Shown: positions 10,581 through 20,416 of the stretch, piece after piece
Layout: the number at the start of each line of letters is the position of its first letter
Position numbering within the stretch: the stretch's first letter is position 1
Origin: Verrucomicrobiota bacterium
GTDB lineage: Bacteria; Verrucomicrobiota; Verrucomicrobiia; Opitutales; Coraliomargaritaceae
NCBI GenBank assembly: GCA_039815375.1
Contig: JBCBZJ010000005.1
Location: 1 to 64,000 of the forward strand
Reading direction: 5' to 3'
DNA length: 64,000 bases
Notes under the pieces: generated by a model
The model's input: only the letters and a program-made list of their open reading frames with translations
The model's database searches: none
Told to the model about the DNA's origin: nothing
Made by a program: the position numbers and the translations under genes

Positions 10581-13500
10581 ATGATACCCCAAGCTAAAGC
10601 CTACTGGAGTCATCTGCCTTTGTGTGCCATGATGACACTTCTGACTACATTGACCTCCGCGCTTCCAGAGCAACCTGCGATCATTCGTGACGTCCACTGC
10701 AAGGATAACGAATTCAGTGGTATGCAACATACCAGACCTCACATAGCAAACTTCAGAACCACCGCTGATGGCCGCATTGCGGTGCCGGTAAGAAAAAGAA
10801 ATGAAAATGGTCTGTCAGGTCCTGGCTTTTTCCTTATTAATCCGGAGGACCTTAGTAACCATTTCACTGAAGGCAATGTAGGTACTCAGGATATTTTTAG
10901 TACGACGACGCCAGTCGTCGTTGATGAAGGCGAATTTCATGACTTGATCCCGAACAGCAATTCTATTCGGCAACTCACAATTATCGATCATACAACTGAG
11001 TTTGATGTCGGTAATGAATCTCAAAACAATCCTAGGGCGGAATGGGACTCTGTTTCTGGCACTTACAAAGACGTTTACTACATCTGGGTCTTTGCAACTG
11101 TTCAGGACAAAGATGTGCAGGTTGATTCCTACTTCCAGAAGACCCCTGTCAAAATTACTGTAGCAAATCCTAAAACAGCTAGCGCTACAATCGAATCAGT
11201 TGTTATTGATACCAATCGCTCAAAAGAACGAACAACAAATTCAATGCCAGTGGGTGATATTCTTGAACCTATGTTTACCCTTGATGGTAAGTTGTTGGTT
11301 TGTCGTATCAATACAAGAGACTATAACTGGATTCATCCAAACGATGGCACGCCTCAAACCACACCCAATGTTGACTCTGTCTACGCCTATTCGGCAGATG
11401 GTTCACTGACCGGCCTGGAAAACTTAATTCCACTTACGGTTGCACCGTTTGATAATCGGATCAATACTACTTATGGTTTTGCAATGCATCCTTTTCGTGA
11501 TGCGGAAGGTACCCCCATGCCTTTTGGTTTCGATATTCAAGGATCCTATCCTTGGATCGATGCCGAGGGAAATAATTTATTCTTCACCACCGTAGGTTCA
11601 CGTCTGGTGAGCTCCGTTGATTTAGTCGACCGGGACCGCTATCCGCTCGAGACCTACCTTTCTGCCCCCGACGGCGAACGTGTGCGATGTCAAAACAGCC
11701 TAACCCGCGGGCAATCAGTTATCGGTTTGTGGACACAGGGTAAGCTGGTTCAAATGGATAATCTCCTCAACAATACCGATTACGGTATCGAATCTGACGC
11801 AAGCAAAAGCTACAACGTCACACTTTATGATGCATCCGGTCCACTCACCGACGGAAAGGTGCGCGTCGGTTCAGGCAGAGATAACGGGGGAGGCGCACCG
11901 CCTGCAAGCAGTAGTAACACAGCCATTTTCGATTCCACAGAAAACAAGCTTTTCTACAGCGAATACTTTAAACCACGCCTTCCTCAAGACGTTGTCTGGT
12001 TTGTCAGTAACGGAAAAGCGACTGATGAGTTTCCTTTTGATGACTACCTGAACCTCGACAGCTTCATCGTCTCTCATATGACAGGAGCATTAAGCTTCGA
12101 TACGTCGATTCCGACTGGCAATGGAAAACGAAGATCACAGTATCATGATGGCTGGAACACCAGTAACTGGACTTTCGATCAACCTGTAAAACTCGCCAAT
12201 GACGGCACTGCTTTGCCGGCGCGCTGGAAAGTGCCCCCACATGGCGCAACGCACGGGACTGTTCGACTGGAGCCCATTGCGATGGGTGGTATTAACGGCA
12301 AAGGCTTCTGGCTCGATGGTTCATCTGGTGTCACCTACAATATTGATGAGAATCAACCCACCGATGTCACCACTGTGGATTGGTATTTTGGTATTTTCCT
12401 CGATTGCCGGTTCAGTGACGACAACACCTCACGGACCATTATACGATTTCCTGACGGATCTGAGATGCAACTGAAAGGAAGAGACATCGTTCATTACCTC
12501 GATTCGTCAGGGACGATAAAGCATACGATCAGTTTGCAAAGTGGACTGATATTACCAGAGGGCGGATGGGCACATATTGCAGTACAGGTTTTTGAAAATG
12601 GAACCTTCATCGATTTTTATCACAACGGTTTTTTGTTTAATAACTATAGCTCAACCACTGATCCGCTTTTCCGAATGACAGATGGGCAGTCTGGTGACGA
12701 TACCCTGCATGTTGGTAAGGTTCAAGGTGCTTCAACTGCTGGGTTTATGGGTTGGATTGATGAGTTCAAAGTCTTTGCGCAGACTTTTGACCCGGAGGTA
12801 TGCGCCAATCATGCAAGAGGCACACTCGTTGGATTTGCAGATGGTGCGCACAGTACACTGCAAACTAAGGCCAATCTCTATGGCACGATAGGCAAACTCG
12901 ACATCGATTACATGCTTAGCCACTTCGGGCAAACGACCTACCAGAATTATGCGGTCTGGTCTGACTACACGGACGATATGGCAGCACACCTTCAAAACAT
13001 ACCCGGCACAGTAACGAGTGTTCGCGGTAATCTGCTGTCTCCCGAAGGCCCTGTCTTTAGAGGGACGCACCGCCCTGATACGAGCTCCAATGCCTTTTGT
13101 CTCTCCTGTCATGGGCCGTCAAGTTTGAGTAAAGGCGGCCTTACCATTGGTGCCTTAACACTGGATAGTATTATCAATGCAGAAGACGATCATAGGCGGC
13201 AACCTTCTCAACCTTTCCGTCGTGTCTTCGGTAGCATTCCAGCAAATTGGCTCGGAACCTCTCTACCGGCTGAACAGACAAACAGTAGCGGTGCCAAAAT
13301 TGATAAGTGGGATTTGCCTCTGGTTGACCCTGCCACAAGGGAGGCGGTTACCTTATCGATGGTGGACGTGCAGAACGGAAAGCCGCTGGACGGCTTGGAC
13401 GTCTTGGATAGTTACATCATACTTGACCCAGGTAACATTGGGGTAGACCTCAGCGAATTCAACCTCCGAGCCAATCTTGATGCTGCTCAGGGTGGTGTTA

Positions 13501-14375
13501 GATATCGTATTACGAATACATCGGTTACACCGGACGTCATCGTCGTCAATGACGAGGTCGTCGATGAGCTTCCCTATAAGTTGGACATCAGCACATTGAC
13601 CGACGGTGTTTACACGATCAAGGCAACACCAGTCGAGGGTGCAACGGATGGAATACCGCTGGAACTCACTGGAGTGGAGTTCGCAAACTTCACACTACCT
13701 TATCTGCAGCATCTGGATGCGAATGCAGGCGTCAATGGAAGCCCGGTTACGGACTGGTATGATCTGAGCACCAACGACCTGCATGCGGGTAATGCATTTG
13801 GAACAATCCAGTACGATTCCTCAACCGGAATGGTCGATATGGGTGCGGCACGAAGCTATCTTGAATTGATGAGTGCAGCGGAATCAGATCAATTCCTCGA
13901 CCAAAGCTCAGGCTCAAGCAACGGCTTTTGCGTCATGATAGCTTTCAAAGTCAGAGCGATGGTAGGCAGCAGCTGGAATGATTTGATCGGTAATTCGACG
14001 GCCGTTTCATCTGGATTCGGTATGCGTTATAATGCTAGCGGAACGATGCAGGCTTGGATTAATGGCAAAACACTGAACCGGAGCAGTAGTCCGGCTCAGG
14101 TTGGTGATACCATAGTCTTTGCGTTAAATTACGACCCGACGACGGACTCATACGATTTCTGGGATTCCAAGAACAATAGTAGCAGCACAAGATCGAGTGT
14201 TCCTGAAGCGGACTTCTCTTTGAGTAACGGTATACGAATCGGTGCGACGACAAATAGTTCTCGCTATATCGACGGCTTTATTGGCGAAGTGAAGATCATC
14301 GACAGAACCCTGACCACTCAGGAGTTTCAGGACGAACTCGATACCCTTGTCGCAAAGTGGGTTGTTATTCAGTAG
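10581..14375 (+). CDS. Large secreted protein with LamG/concanavalin-like domains and one CxxCH motif
   Basis: Signal peptide; LamG-type motifs WAHIAV..FYHNG, GFMGWIDEFKVF, GFIGEVKII; FCLSCHG. Confidence 0.85.
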   Translation: MIPQAKAYWSHLPLCAMMTLLTTLTSALPEQPAIIRDVHCKDNEFSGMQHTRPHIANFRTTADGRIAVPVRKRNENGLSGPGFFLINPEDLSNHFTEGNVGTQDIFSTTTPVVVDEGEFHDLIPNSNSIRQLTIIDHTTEFDVGNESQNNPRAEWDSVSGTYKDVYYIWVFATVQDKDVQVDSYFQKTPVKITVANPKTASATIESVVIDTNRSKERTTNSMPVGDILEPMFTLDGKLLVCRINTRDYNWIHPNDGTPQTTPNVDSVYAYSADGSLTGLENLIPLTVAPFDNRINTTYGFAMHPFRDAEGTPMPFGFDIQGSYPWIDAEGNNLFFTTVGSRLVSSVDLVDRDRYPLETYLSAPDGERVRCQNSLTRGQSVIGLWTQGKLVQMDNLLNNTDYGIESDASKSYNVTLYDASGPLTDGKVRVGSGRDNGGGAPPASSSNTAIFDSTENKLFYSEYFKPRLPQDVVWFVSNGKATDEFPFDDYLNLDSFIVSHMTGALSFDTSIPTGNGKRRSQYHDGWNTSNWTFDQPVKLANDGTALPARWKVPPHGATHGTVRLEPIAMGGINGKGFWLDGSSGVTYNIDENQPTDVTTVDWYFGIFLDCRFSDDNTSRTIIRFPDGSEMQLKGRDIVHYLDSSGTIKHTISLQSGLILPEGGWAHIAVQVFENGTFIDFYHNGFLFNNYSSTTDPLFRMTDGQSGDDTLHVGKVQGASTAGFMGWIDEFKVFAQTFDPEVCANHARGTLVGFADGAHSTLQTKANLYGTIGKLDIDYMLSHFGQTTYQNYAVWSDYTDDMAAHLQNIPGTVTSVRGNLLSPEGPVFRGTHRPDTSSNAFCLSCHGPSSLSKGGLTIGALTLDSIINAEDDHRRQPSQPFRRVFGSIPANWLGTSLPAEQTNSSGAKIDKWDLPLVDPATREAVTLSMVDVQNGKPLDGLDVLDSYIILDPGNIGVDLSEFNLRANLDAAQGGVRYRITNTSVTPDVIVVNDEVVDELPYKLDISTLTDGVYTIKATPVEGATDGIPLELTGVEFANFTLPYLQHLDANAGVNGSPVTDWYDLSTNDLHAGNAFGTIQYDSSTGMVDMGAARSYLELMSAAESDQFLDQSSGSSNGFCVMIAFKVRAMVGSSWNDLIGNSTAVSSGFGMRYNASGTMQAWINGKTLNRSSSPAQVGDTIVFALNYDPTTDSYDFWDSKNNSSSTRSSVPEADFSLSNGIRIGATTNSSRYIDGFIGEVKIIDRTLTTQEFQDELDTLVAKWVVIQ

Positions 14376-14403
14376 CGAAATCAATTCCTATTTGCTGAGC
14401 AGA

Positions 14404-14438
14404 AGAGAGCCCTTCGGGAAGATCCCGGAGGGCTCTCT
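14404..14438 (+). terminator. Stem-loop after the large LamG gene
   Basis: agagagcccttcggga / tcccggagggctctct, 15/16 complementary; weak U-tract. Confidence 0.55.
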
Positions 14439-14675
14439 ATCCTATCGGATCAACTCAAATTTCGAAGATGCTTGGCTGGTCTATTGGGATCGTAATCAAG
14501 AAAAAAGTTTAACATCAGCTTGTTCCCAAAGTGATCGATCCGGATTGTAACGAAAGATGGGCTTTTCCGCATTGTAGGTACTTCAGTGACTGATTGTGCC
14601 GACCTGCTGAACGAAAACGTATTTGCTCTTATGCATATTCAGTCCGAGCTCTAGAACTTCCGCTTTCGCGTCAGT

Positions 14676-15572
14676 CTAGTGATTACTAACCGTGGGCAAC
14701 TCCCCCCATGTCAGTTTTGATGAGTCGGCGTGTTTAAGTATCTCTCGCTTCACCAGATCATATTCTTTCCATGGTAAGAAGTGGCCTTGATCCGCGATTT
14801 GTATGACGCTGACGTCTGCGCCGCTGAGCTGTTTTCGAGCATACTCGGCATTTCCTGATGGCACGAGCCAGTCCTTTCCTCCTTGAATGACGGTCACAGG
14901 CTTATCGATTGCTTTTAACTGTGATTGCAGCCGCTTGAGTTCCGAGGGCAACGACAACATTTCCTGTGTGGAGACGTTCAAGGGTTCGGGTAGGATCACT
15001 CGGCCGGCCCAAGTGTTGGCCAAGTGATGATACCAACGTTCTTTTTGCAGGACCGGGTCAATGGCTCCTGCCAGTATGATTAGGCGAGAGACGTGCTCTG
15101 GGAAATTTGCTGCGATTTCGAGTTGAATGGGACCGCCGTAAGAATGGCCAACGATCACAAAAGGTCCCGGGTGCTCTTTGAGAGCACTTTGTAGAATGAC
15201 CGACGCCTGCGTTTCCAAGGATAGGACAGGAGTGCCGGGGGCTGATTGCCCGAATCCTGGCCGATCAATTGCAAGCATGAAGGTCTTTTCCGAAAGTTCC
15301 GAATCTCCGAGAAAGCGTCCCCAAGCTTTCCAATCTCCCGGTGTGCCGTGAATGAAGAGGAAAGCCGGCTTATCATGGGACCCAGCATGCACACCTTTTA
15401 AGCGATGCTCGTTAATCGTATGTGTGAAGTGGTCGAAATTCTTTCCCATCGTCCCTAATCTTTCCTGCTCTTCGCTATCATATGGTGGAACACCTTGGCA
15501 ACCAATGACCAGCGATGTGATAAGTCCGAGCGCAGCGATGAGATTGAGTCTGCGGATTGAATTTGTTTTCAC
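14676..15572 (-). CDS. Alpha/beta-hydrolase, probable lipoprotein
   Basis: Lipobox-like LVIGC, FIHGTPG, DRPGFG, GHSYGG nucleophile elbow, D-WLVP, GHFLPW. Confidence 0.9.
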   Translation of the reverse strand: MKTNSIRRLNLIAALGLITSLVIGCQGVPPYDSEEQERLGTMGKNFDHFTHTINEHRLKGVHAGSHDKPAFLFIHGTPGDWKAWGRFLGDSELSEKTFMLAIDRPGFGQSAPGTPVLSLETQASVILQSALKEHPGPFVIVGHSYGGPIQLEIAANFPEHVSRLIILAGAIDPVLQKERWYHHLANTWAGRVILPEPLNVSTQEMLSLPSELKRLQSQLKAIDKPVTVIQGGKDWLVPSGNAEYARKQLSGADVSVIQIADQGHFLPWKEYDLVKREILKHADSSKLTWGELPTVSNH

Positions 15573-16108
15573 GAGATAAGAAGGTAGCCACCTCCAGAGA
15601 GCTCAGGAGGCTATTTAAAGTGTCGGATGTGTAAACCCAATTGTAGATGAGGTAGTGAGCTGCAATATTCCAAGAATTTGTGGAGGTGCCGGCGAGCCAA
15701 TCCCCTCATTGAAGGCTCTGTAGGGCTTAGTGACGATGACGAGCTGCTTTACCAGTGCGGGCTCGAAGTTGAATTCTTACTGCTTCATCTTGTAAAGGAT
15801 TGTCTAGAACGACCTGCTGCCTGATCGCTCCAGAGTCAATATTGCCCGTTCTTCAAGAGCGGATTCAGATAGCCTGATGGTAAATGCGGCTCATAGATCT
15901 TACCGCTCGTGTGGCTGCTGCACTTTTTATGGTTTATGCCAACTATGCGCTCTCCTCGATCGCACGAGTCCGAGCAGGTATCGTTCAAAGTGGTTACGCA
16001 TTCTTATCGATACTCTTTCTCGCCGTCTGCATACAGAAAATCGTTGTCGTATCAGGAAAGGGTGGACTCGGAAAACTCATCGCGTTCAGGGCTCAAAAGG
16101 GTGCGAGC

Positions 16109-16154
16109 AAATCGACATCCAAATCGATTTCGACCTCGATTTGGATGTCGATTT
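16109..16154. repeat. Perfect 19-bp inverted repeat built from AAATCG-like hexamers
   Basis: aaatcgacatccaaatcga - 8 nt loop - tcgatttggatgtcgattt. Confidence 0.85.
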
Positions 16155-16444
16155 CTTCCACTTTGCCTTAGAGGGTAACCATAATTAGATTTTATTGAAC
16201 GTCCTTTTAGGTGGGAAGCGCACATCGCTGCCCGACTTTTACAAAAATGTCGGCAATTTCCTCTTAATTGTGAAAATTTTGTCTAACAGCCGTGGTGTAT
16301 TTTGGATTGGATAATTATGTTGACCAAAGAGTGCAGTAATACGATTTTAGAAGTATGTTTATGAGGCAGTGAAACTTTCGTATAAATCTAAGTCGATCAG
16401 AAAGGCCGTTTCGTCCTTTTCCGGCATTTTTTCGGAAAATTTCT

Positions 16445-17056
16445 GTGGTAGGTATTATTGCGTTTCTGAGCCCTCTGACCAGCGCGATTGCTGTAATTAA
16501 TCTTGATTTTACGGAAGATGGCACAAGCCTAGTTTTGACTGTATCCGGTGTTATCGATGAACTCCCTTCGTTGACTCCCCAGAGTGTCGATAGGATCGCA
16601 CTGGTGCAGATTGATTCGCGGAGCACACAGATCTTCATATCGAGTATAGGGGTTTTCACCGCTTTTGATGAATACAGAGATGACTCAGTCAGTGCTCTTC
16701 CGCCGGGGAGCCCATTTACTGTGCCCCCTACACCGAATACGGCCAATGGAGTGTTTACTTCGGGTAGCAATTTCCGTTTAGCTCTAACAACAGGTCAATA
16801 CACGTTATCTCTCCTGCCTGGCACATTAGCTGGAGATACAGTTGGGTCTGTTACGACCTTCGCCAATACCAGTTTGGCAGACCTTGGATTGCCAAGCAGT
16901 GGTGCTGGAGTGCTCGAACTCTCAACCGTGAGTGCGCTTCCTGATATTACTTGGGGCGTTAATGGAGTTATTGTGCCCGAACCGTCGATGTTTGGTTTCG
17001 TGATGGGATGTTTTGCTTTAGGTGTTTTGGGGTGTCGGCGATCATTGAGAGGCTGA
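16445..17056 (+). CDS. PEP-CTERM surface protein (start uncertain)
   Basis: C-terminus IVPEPSMFGFVMGCFALGVLGCRRSLRG; signal-like N-terminus. Confidence 0.85.
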   Translation: MVGIIAFLSPLTSAIAVINLDFTEDGTSLVLTVSGVIDELPSLTPQSVDRIALVQIDSRSTQIFISSIGVFTAFDEYRDDSVSALPPGSPFTVPPTPNTANGVFTSGSNFRLALTTGQYTLSLLPGTLAGDTVGSVTTFANTSLADLGLPSSGAGVLELSTVSALPDITWGVNGVIVPEPSMFGFVMGCFALGVLGCRRSLRG

Positions 17057-17090
17057 TTTTCAGTTATTGAATGAGGCAGTAATAATTACG

Positions 17091-17520
17091 CTAACTCAGT
17101 GGATTGACCCAACGGGTACCTTGAAAGCGATCAAAGTCGCGGTCGCTGCTGTAAACGGTGGCAGAGTGTTCCCGGGCGTGTGCTGCGATAATAGCGTCGG
17201 TGCTCAGGTTGCCACCCATACCTGCGTCCTCCAGTAGATCAAAGAAAACGGGCAGGGCACGCTTCGAAGTTTGTATCAGCCGCACCTGTGGGCAGTCGAA
17301 CCATTGCTCTACCATTTCACGGACTTGCTCGATACTCAAGGGTGCTGCGCAGATCTGGGGATGCGTCAGGATACGGGTAAAGGCGAGTACCACTACCCAG
17401 GGGATGCCCGATGCTTTCCTCCCCGGATAGAGCCGTTTGCCACCAGTCTTTGGCTGATATGTGGTCACGGCTGGAGCGGTCGTGCGCGTAGATCAATAAG
17501 TTTGCATCAGGGAGAATCAT
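17091..17520 (-). pseudogene. vapC: VapC PIN-domain toxin, frameshifted
   Basis: MILPDANLLIYA...SGEESIG in one frame and GIPWVVVLAFTRILT...DAIIAAHA...SSDRDFDRF in another; one extra G near 17408. Confidence 0.85.
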
Positions 17521-17771
17521 TTTTCGGCGACGTGGAGGTATTCTTCGGTTTCCAGTTGATCGTAGACCTGATTCAGACTTATGCCACGATACGCGGGGCG
17601 TATACCAACAGCGTGTGTTTTGAGCCGCACGCGTTTCTTAGGTTTTGACGGAGTGGAGAGCCCCCTTTCCAGAATCTCATTTACAACCTTAGTCATGGGC
17701 CTTTTCTCAATGCGTGCTCGCTTCTTGAGTTCATCAAGAATTGCCTCTTTGATGTCAATTGTAGCTCACAT
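17517..17771 (-). pseudogene. vapB: VapB-type antitoxin with a nonsense codon at codon 2
   Basis: Reads M*ATIDIKEAILDELKKRARIEKRPMTKVVNEILERGL...; its TGA overlaps the vapC ATG. Palindrome gcatcatgatgc at 17778-17789 upstream. Confidence 0.75.
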
Positions 17772-17892
17772 AAAGAAGCATCATGATGCGTTTTTGATTC
17801 TATCGCAAGCTAAATATGGTCCATTGAAAATTCCTTTAGAATTAGTCGCCGAGGTGATCTTGAAGACGAAGTAACCGTCCCAACCTGTGGCA

Positions 17893-17955
17893 CTTGAGGT
17901 CTTCGGTTGATGACGTCGCAGACGATGCTGACGGCTTCGGGATTTAATTCGGTTT
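17893..17955 (-). pseudogene. Internal fragment of the repeated small ORF (TELNPEAVSIVCDVI)
   Basis: Near-identical to 18361-18422 with a 1-nt insertion. Confidence 0.8.
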
Positions 17956-18071
17956 TCTCATACGAAGCGCAGCAGCGCGAAAATGGTAAATCGGAACGAT
18001 TTGCCCGCAGCGTAACGGAGGGTGAGCGATGCAGGTGCCCTATGGGCGACAGAGGGAACAAAGAGTAGAGC

Positions 18072-18159
18072 AAGAGAAGGTAGGGACGGCTGCCCCCAGC
18101 CGTCCGCGACATTTAAACGACGCTCGGACGCTTGAGGGCAAGCGTCCCTACCTTCTCTT
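18072..18159. repeat. GTAG-type REP doublet (REPIN-like)
   Basis: ggtagggacggctgcccccagccgtcc ... ggacgcttgagggcaagcgtccctacc; outer arms aagagaaggtagggacg / cgtccctaccttctctt. Confidence 0.75.
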
Positions 18160-18210
18160 TTCAGATTCATAATCTCACGCGAAGAACTCAAAGGCGCTAA
18201 GTATGATTGA

Positions 18211-18292
18211 AACAGGAGGAAGCAGAGCGAGCAGAGTTATAGCTCCGCGTGATCCAAATCAAATCTCTCTGTTTACTCTGCTGCCTCCTGTT
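18211..18292. repeat. ~82-bp hairpin element (26-bp AACAGGAG..CAGAG inverted arms), copy 1
   Basis: aacaggaggaagcagagcgagcagag ... ctctgtttactctgctgcctcctgtt. Confidence 0.9.
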
Positions 18293-18315
18293 CAATTGTT
18301 CGTTTTCCTGAGCTG

Positions 18316-18510
18316 CTATCGGAGTTGTTGGTGATACTGGTCCAGAATGGTTTCGATCTGCTTGAGGTCTTCGGTGATGACGTCGCAGACGATGCTGACG
18401 GCCTCGGGATTCAATTCGGTTTGGGCGTCCGGTGATCGGGCCTCCGCCGCCACGACCTGTGCCAGGGAATCAATCCGGTCCATGAATCGGCCGGTGTCTT
18501 CTGGGGCCAT
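18316..18510 (-). CDS. Small helical hypothetical protein, copy of 23131-23361 (possibly decayed)
   Basis: MAPEDTGRFMDRIDSLAQ...LKQIETILDQYHQQLR; mostly synonymous or conservative differences from the other copy. Confidence 0.6.
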   Translation of the reverse strand: MAPEDTGRFMDRIDSLAQVVAAEARSPDAQTELNPEAVSIVCDVITEDLKQIETILDQYHQQLR

Positions 18511-18633
18511 GGGGTAGGTTTTTAATGCGTCGGTCTTCTGGATCGCGGCGCAAGACTACAGCTTTTCGTCAGCATTATCCACATCGTGGAACCTATGTTT
18601 TAGATTTTGCCTTCAATACCCTCTAGTTCTACT

Positions 18634-19050
18634 CTAACGCTGAAATAGATTGTCAATTGACTGCCGGTCGTTCTTACGGTAGATGTAAAAATCGTGGTCT
18701 ATGCTAATGACTTTACTGATGCGTTCGCGCTCGGCGATGCGCATGAGTGTCGCGTCGGCAAAGTCCATCGGGAGGTCGGAGTATTTCTCAGTAAGTTCGC
18801 AGATGCGGTTAAGGTCTTCGGTCTGGATGTCGTGGATTTGCACACCACCGTCAAGCACCCAGCTCAGGAAATCGAGCTGCGCTTGAACCGAGAAGTCGAG
18901 TAGGTGGGTGACTTCGGTCAGCACGGCGACCGTGCTGTGCAAAGAGCCGACGTAGTTCCTGAGGAAGTCGCAGATCGCTTGGTGGAACTGATCATCGCGG
19001 TCAAAGAGGGCGATGAGTGGGCCTGAATCAATGACGGCCCGTTTTCCCAC
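18634..19050 (-). CDS. vapC: PIN-domain (VapC-like) toxin
   Basis: VIDSGPLIAL, VLTEV, MDFADA, ISIDHDF. Confidence 0.9.
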   Translation of the reverse strand: MGKRAVIDSGPLIALFDRDDQFHQAICDFLRNYVGSLHSTVAVLTEVTHLLDFSVQAQLDFLSWVLDGGVQIHDIQTEDLNRICELTEKYSDLPMDFADATLMRIAERERISKVISIDHDFYIYRKNDRQSIDNLFQR

Positions 19051-19279
19051 GAAGCTTTTCCTTCAATTTCGATTTGCGGGTGGTGGAGAGGTCGCCACGG
19101 CCACTGCCAACCCGACCAAAACGCTCGCTGCCGAGCTGCCAGGGCGTGGCACGGCGCGACTCCTCCTTGAGATGTTCATCAATCAGGTTGCGGAGGAATT
19201 CAGACTTGGTCAGGCCCTGCGCCGCTGCTGTGCGATCCAGTGCCTGCTCCGTCTGCGGGTCTAAACGAACAGATAGCAT
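19028..19279 (-). CDS. vapB: RHH/CopG antitoxin
   Basis: MLSVRLD...GLTKSEFLRNLI; overlaps the toxin start; tgtatgac direct repeat upstream (19281-19300). Confidence 0.85.
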   Translation of the reverse strand: MLSVRLDPQTEQALDRTAAAQGLTKSEFLRNLIDEHLKEESRRATPWQLGSERFGRVGSGRGDLSTTRKSKLKEKLRGKTGRH

Positions 19280-19372
19280 GTGTATGACAGTGTGTATGAC
19301 GCGTGTGGCGTCAACCCGAAATCTGACTTACTGGATCGAAGTGAAGAATGGTTTTAACAGGAGGAAACAGAT

Positions 19373-19705
19373 GAAGCGCAGCAGCGCGGAAATGGTAAAT
19401 CGGAACGATTTGCCCGCAGCGTAGCGGAGGGTGAGTGATGCGGATGCCCTATGGGCGGAAGAGGGAACAAAGAGCAGAGCAAGTGTCCCTACCTTCTCTT
19501 TTTAGATTCATAATCTCACGCGAAGAACTCAAAGGTGCTAAGGATGATTGCAACAGGAGGAAACAGAGCGAGCAGAGTTTGGGTTTCTGATGAACTGGTA
19601 TTTCAAACCTCTGTTTTCTCTGCTAGCTCCTGTTCAATTGTTCGTTTTCCTGAGCTGCTAGCGGAGTTGTTGGGGATACTGGCCCAGGATGGCTTCGATC
19701 TGCTT
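19373..19705. repeat. Long direct repeat, copy 2, containing hairpin copy 2 (19552-19634) and a 3' fragment of the small ORF
   Basis: Alignment by eye to 17964-18363; extra single arms at 19356, 19711 and a partial hairpin at 19855-19924. Confidence 0.9.
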
Positions 19706-20125
19706 ATTTGAACAGGATGAAACGGAGGGAGCAGAGTCGTTGTTTCGTGTTCCCCGTTGGCTTAGTCCGGCCTTGTCGTCTCCGCATTCCTCGGAAGCGT
19801 AAATAGCGAATTAATCTAACCGCTGAGGTCGGCGGGGATTGGAGATGAGGTCTTAACAGGAGTAAAAGAGAGAGCAGAGTTGTTGCTTCGCGTGATCCAA
19901 ATTAAACCTCTGTTTTCTCTGCTAGGAGTTTCAGTCTAGTGATTGCTCGCCGCTGGCAACTCCTCCCATGTCATCTTTTGAGCCCTCTGAAGACGTAAGA
20001 CGCGAAAAGGATGATTGAAACCGGAGGACGCCCTTGATCTACGCCGCGACAAGCAGAGAGAGTAGAGGATGAGCTTGTTTCTCTATGGGCTTGATGATTT
20101 CCGCGATTTTGTAATTCTGGTGAGT

Positions 20126-20416
20126 ATGAACAACGCCGAAACAGTGCGCCAGAAGCTTGCGGAACATAGCGACCGCTTACGGGCTTTGCATGTTTCGAGC
20201 CTGTCGCTTTTTGGGTCAGCGGCGCGCGGTGAGGCGACTGTGCATGACTTGGATTTTCTGGTCGAATTTTCAGAGCCGCCTGGCCTCGTGAGTTTTATGG
20301 AGCTGAAGTTTTTCCTCGAAGAATGCTTTGGGCTGCCGGTTGATTTGCACACAGCCAAATCCTGCCCCGAGCGTTTCTATCAGCGTATCGAAAACGAATT
20401 GCAGCATGTCGCGTGA
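20126..20416 (+). CDS. mntA: Minimal nucleotidyltransferase antitoxin (MNT)
   Basis: LFGSAARGE...DLDFLVEF, PVDL. Confidence 0.88.
   Translation: MNNAETVRQKLAEHSDRLRALHVSSLSLFGSAARGEATVHDLDFLVEFSEPPGLVSFMELKFFLEECFGLPVDLHTAKSCPERFYQRIENELQHVA

Larger units (their letters stand above)
17964..18363. repeat. Long direct repeat, copy 1 (copy 2 at 19373-19705)
   Basis: Colinear similarity from gaagcgcagcagcgcg to ttcgatctgctt; copy 2 lacks most of the REP doublet. Confidence 0.9.

Noticed and set aside
15877..16188. Three overlapping short plus-strand ORFs
   Set aside because: All run through the hexamer hairpin and none has a recognisable family signature; at most a membrane-gene remnant.
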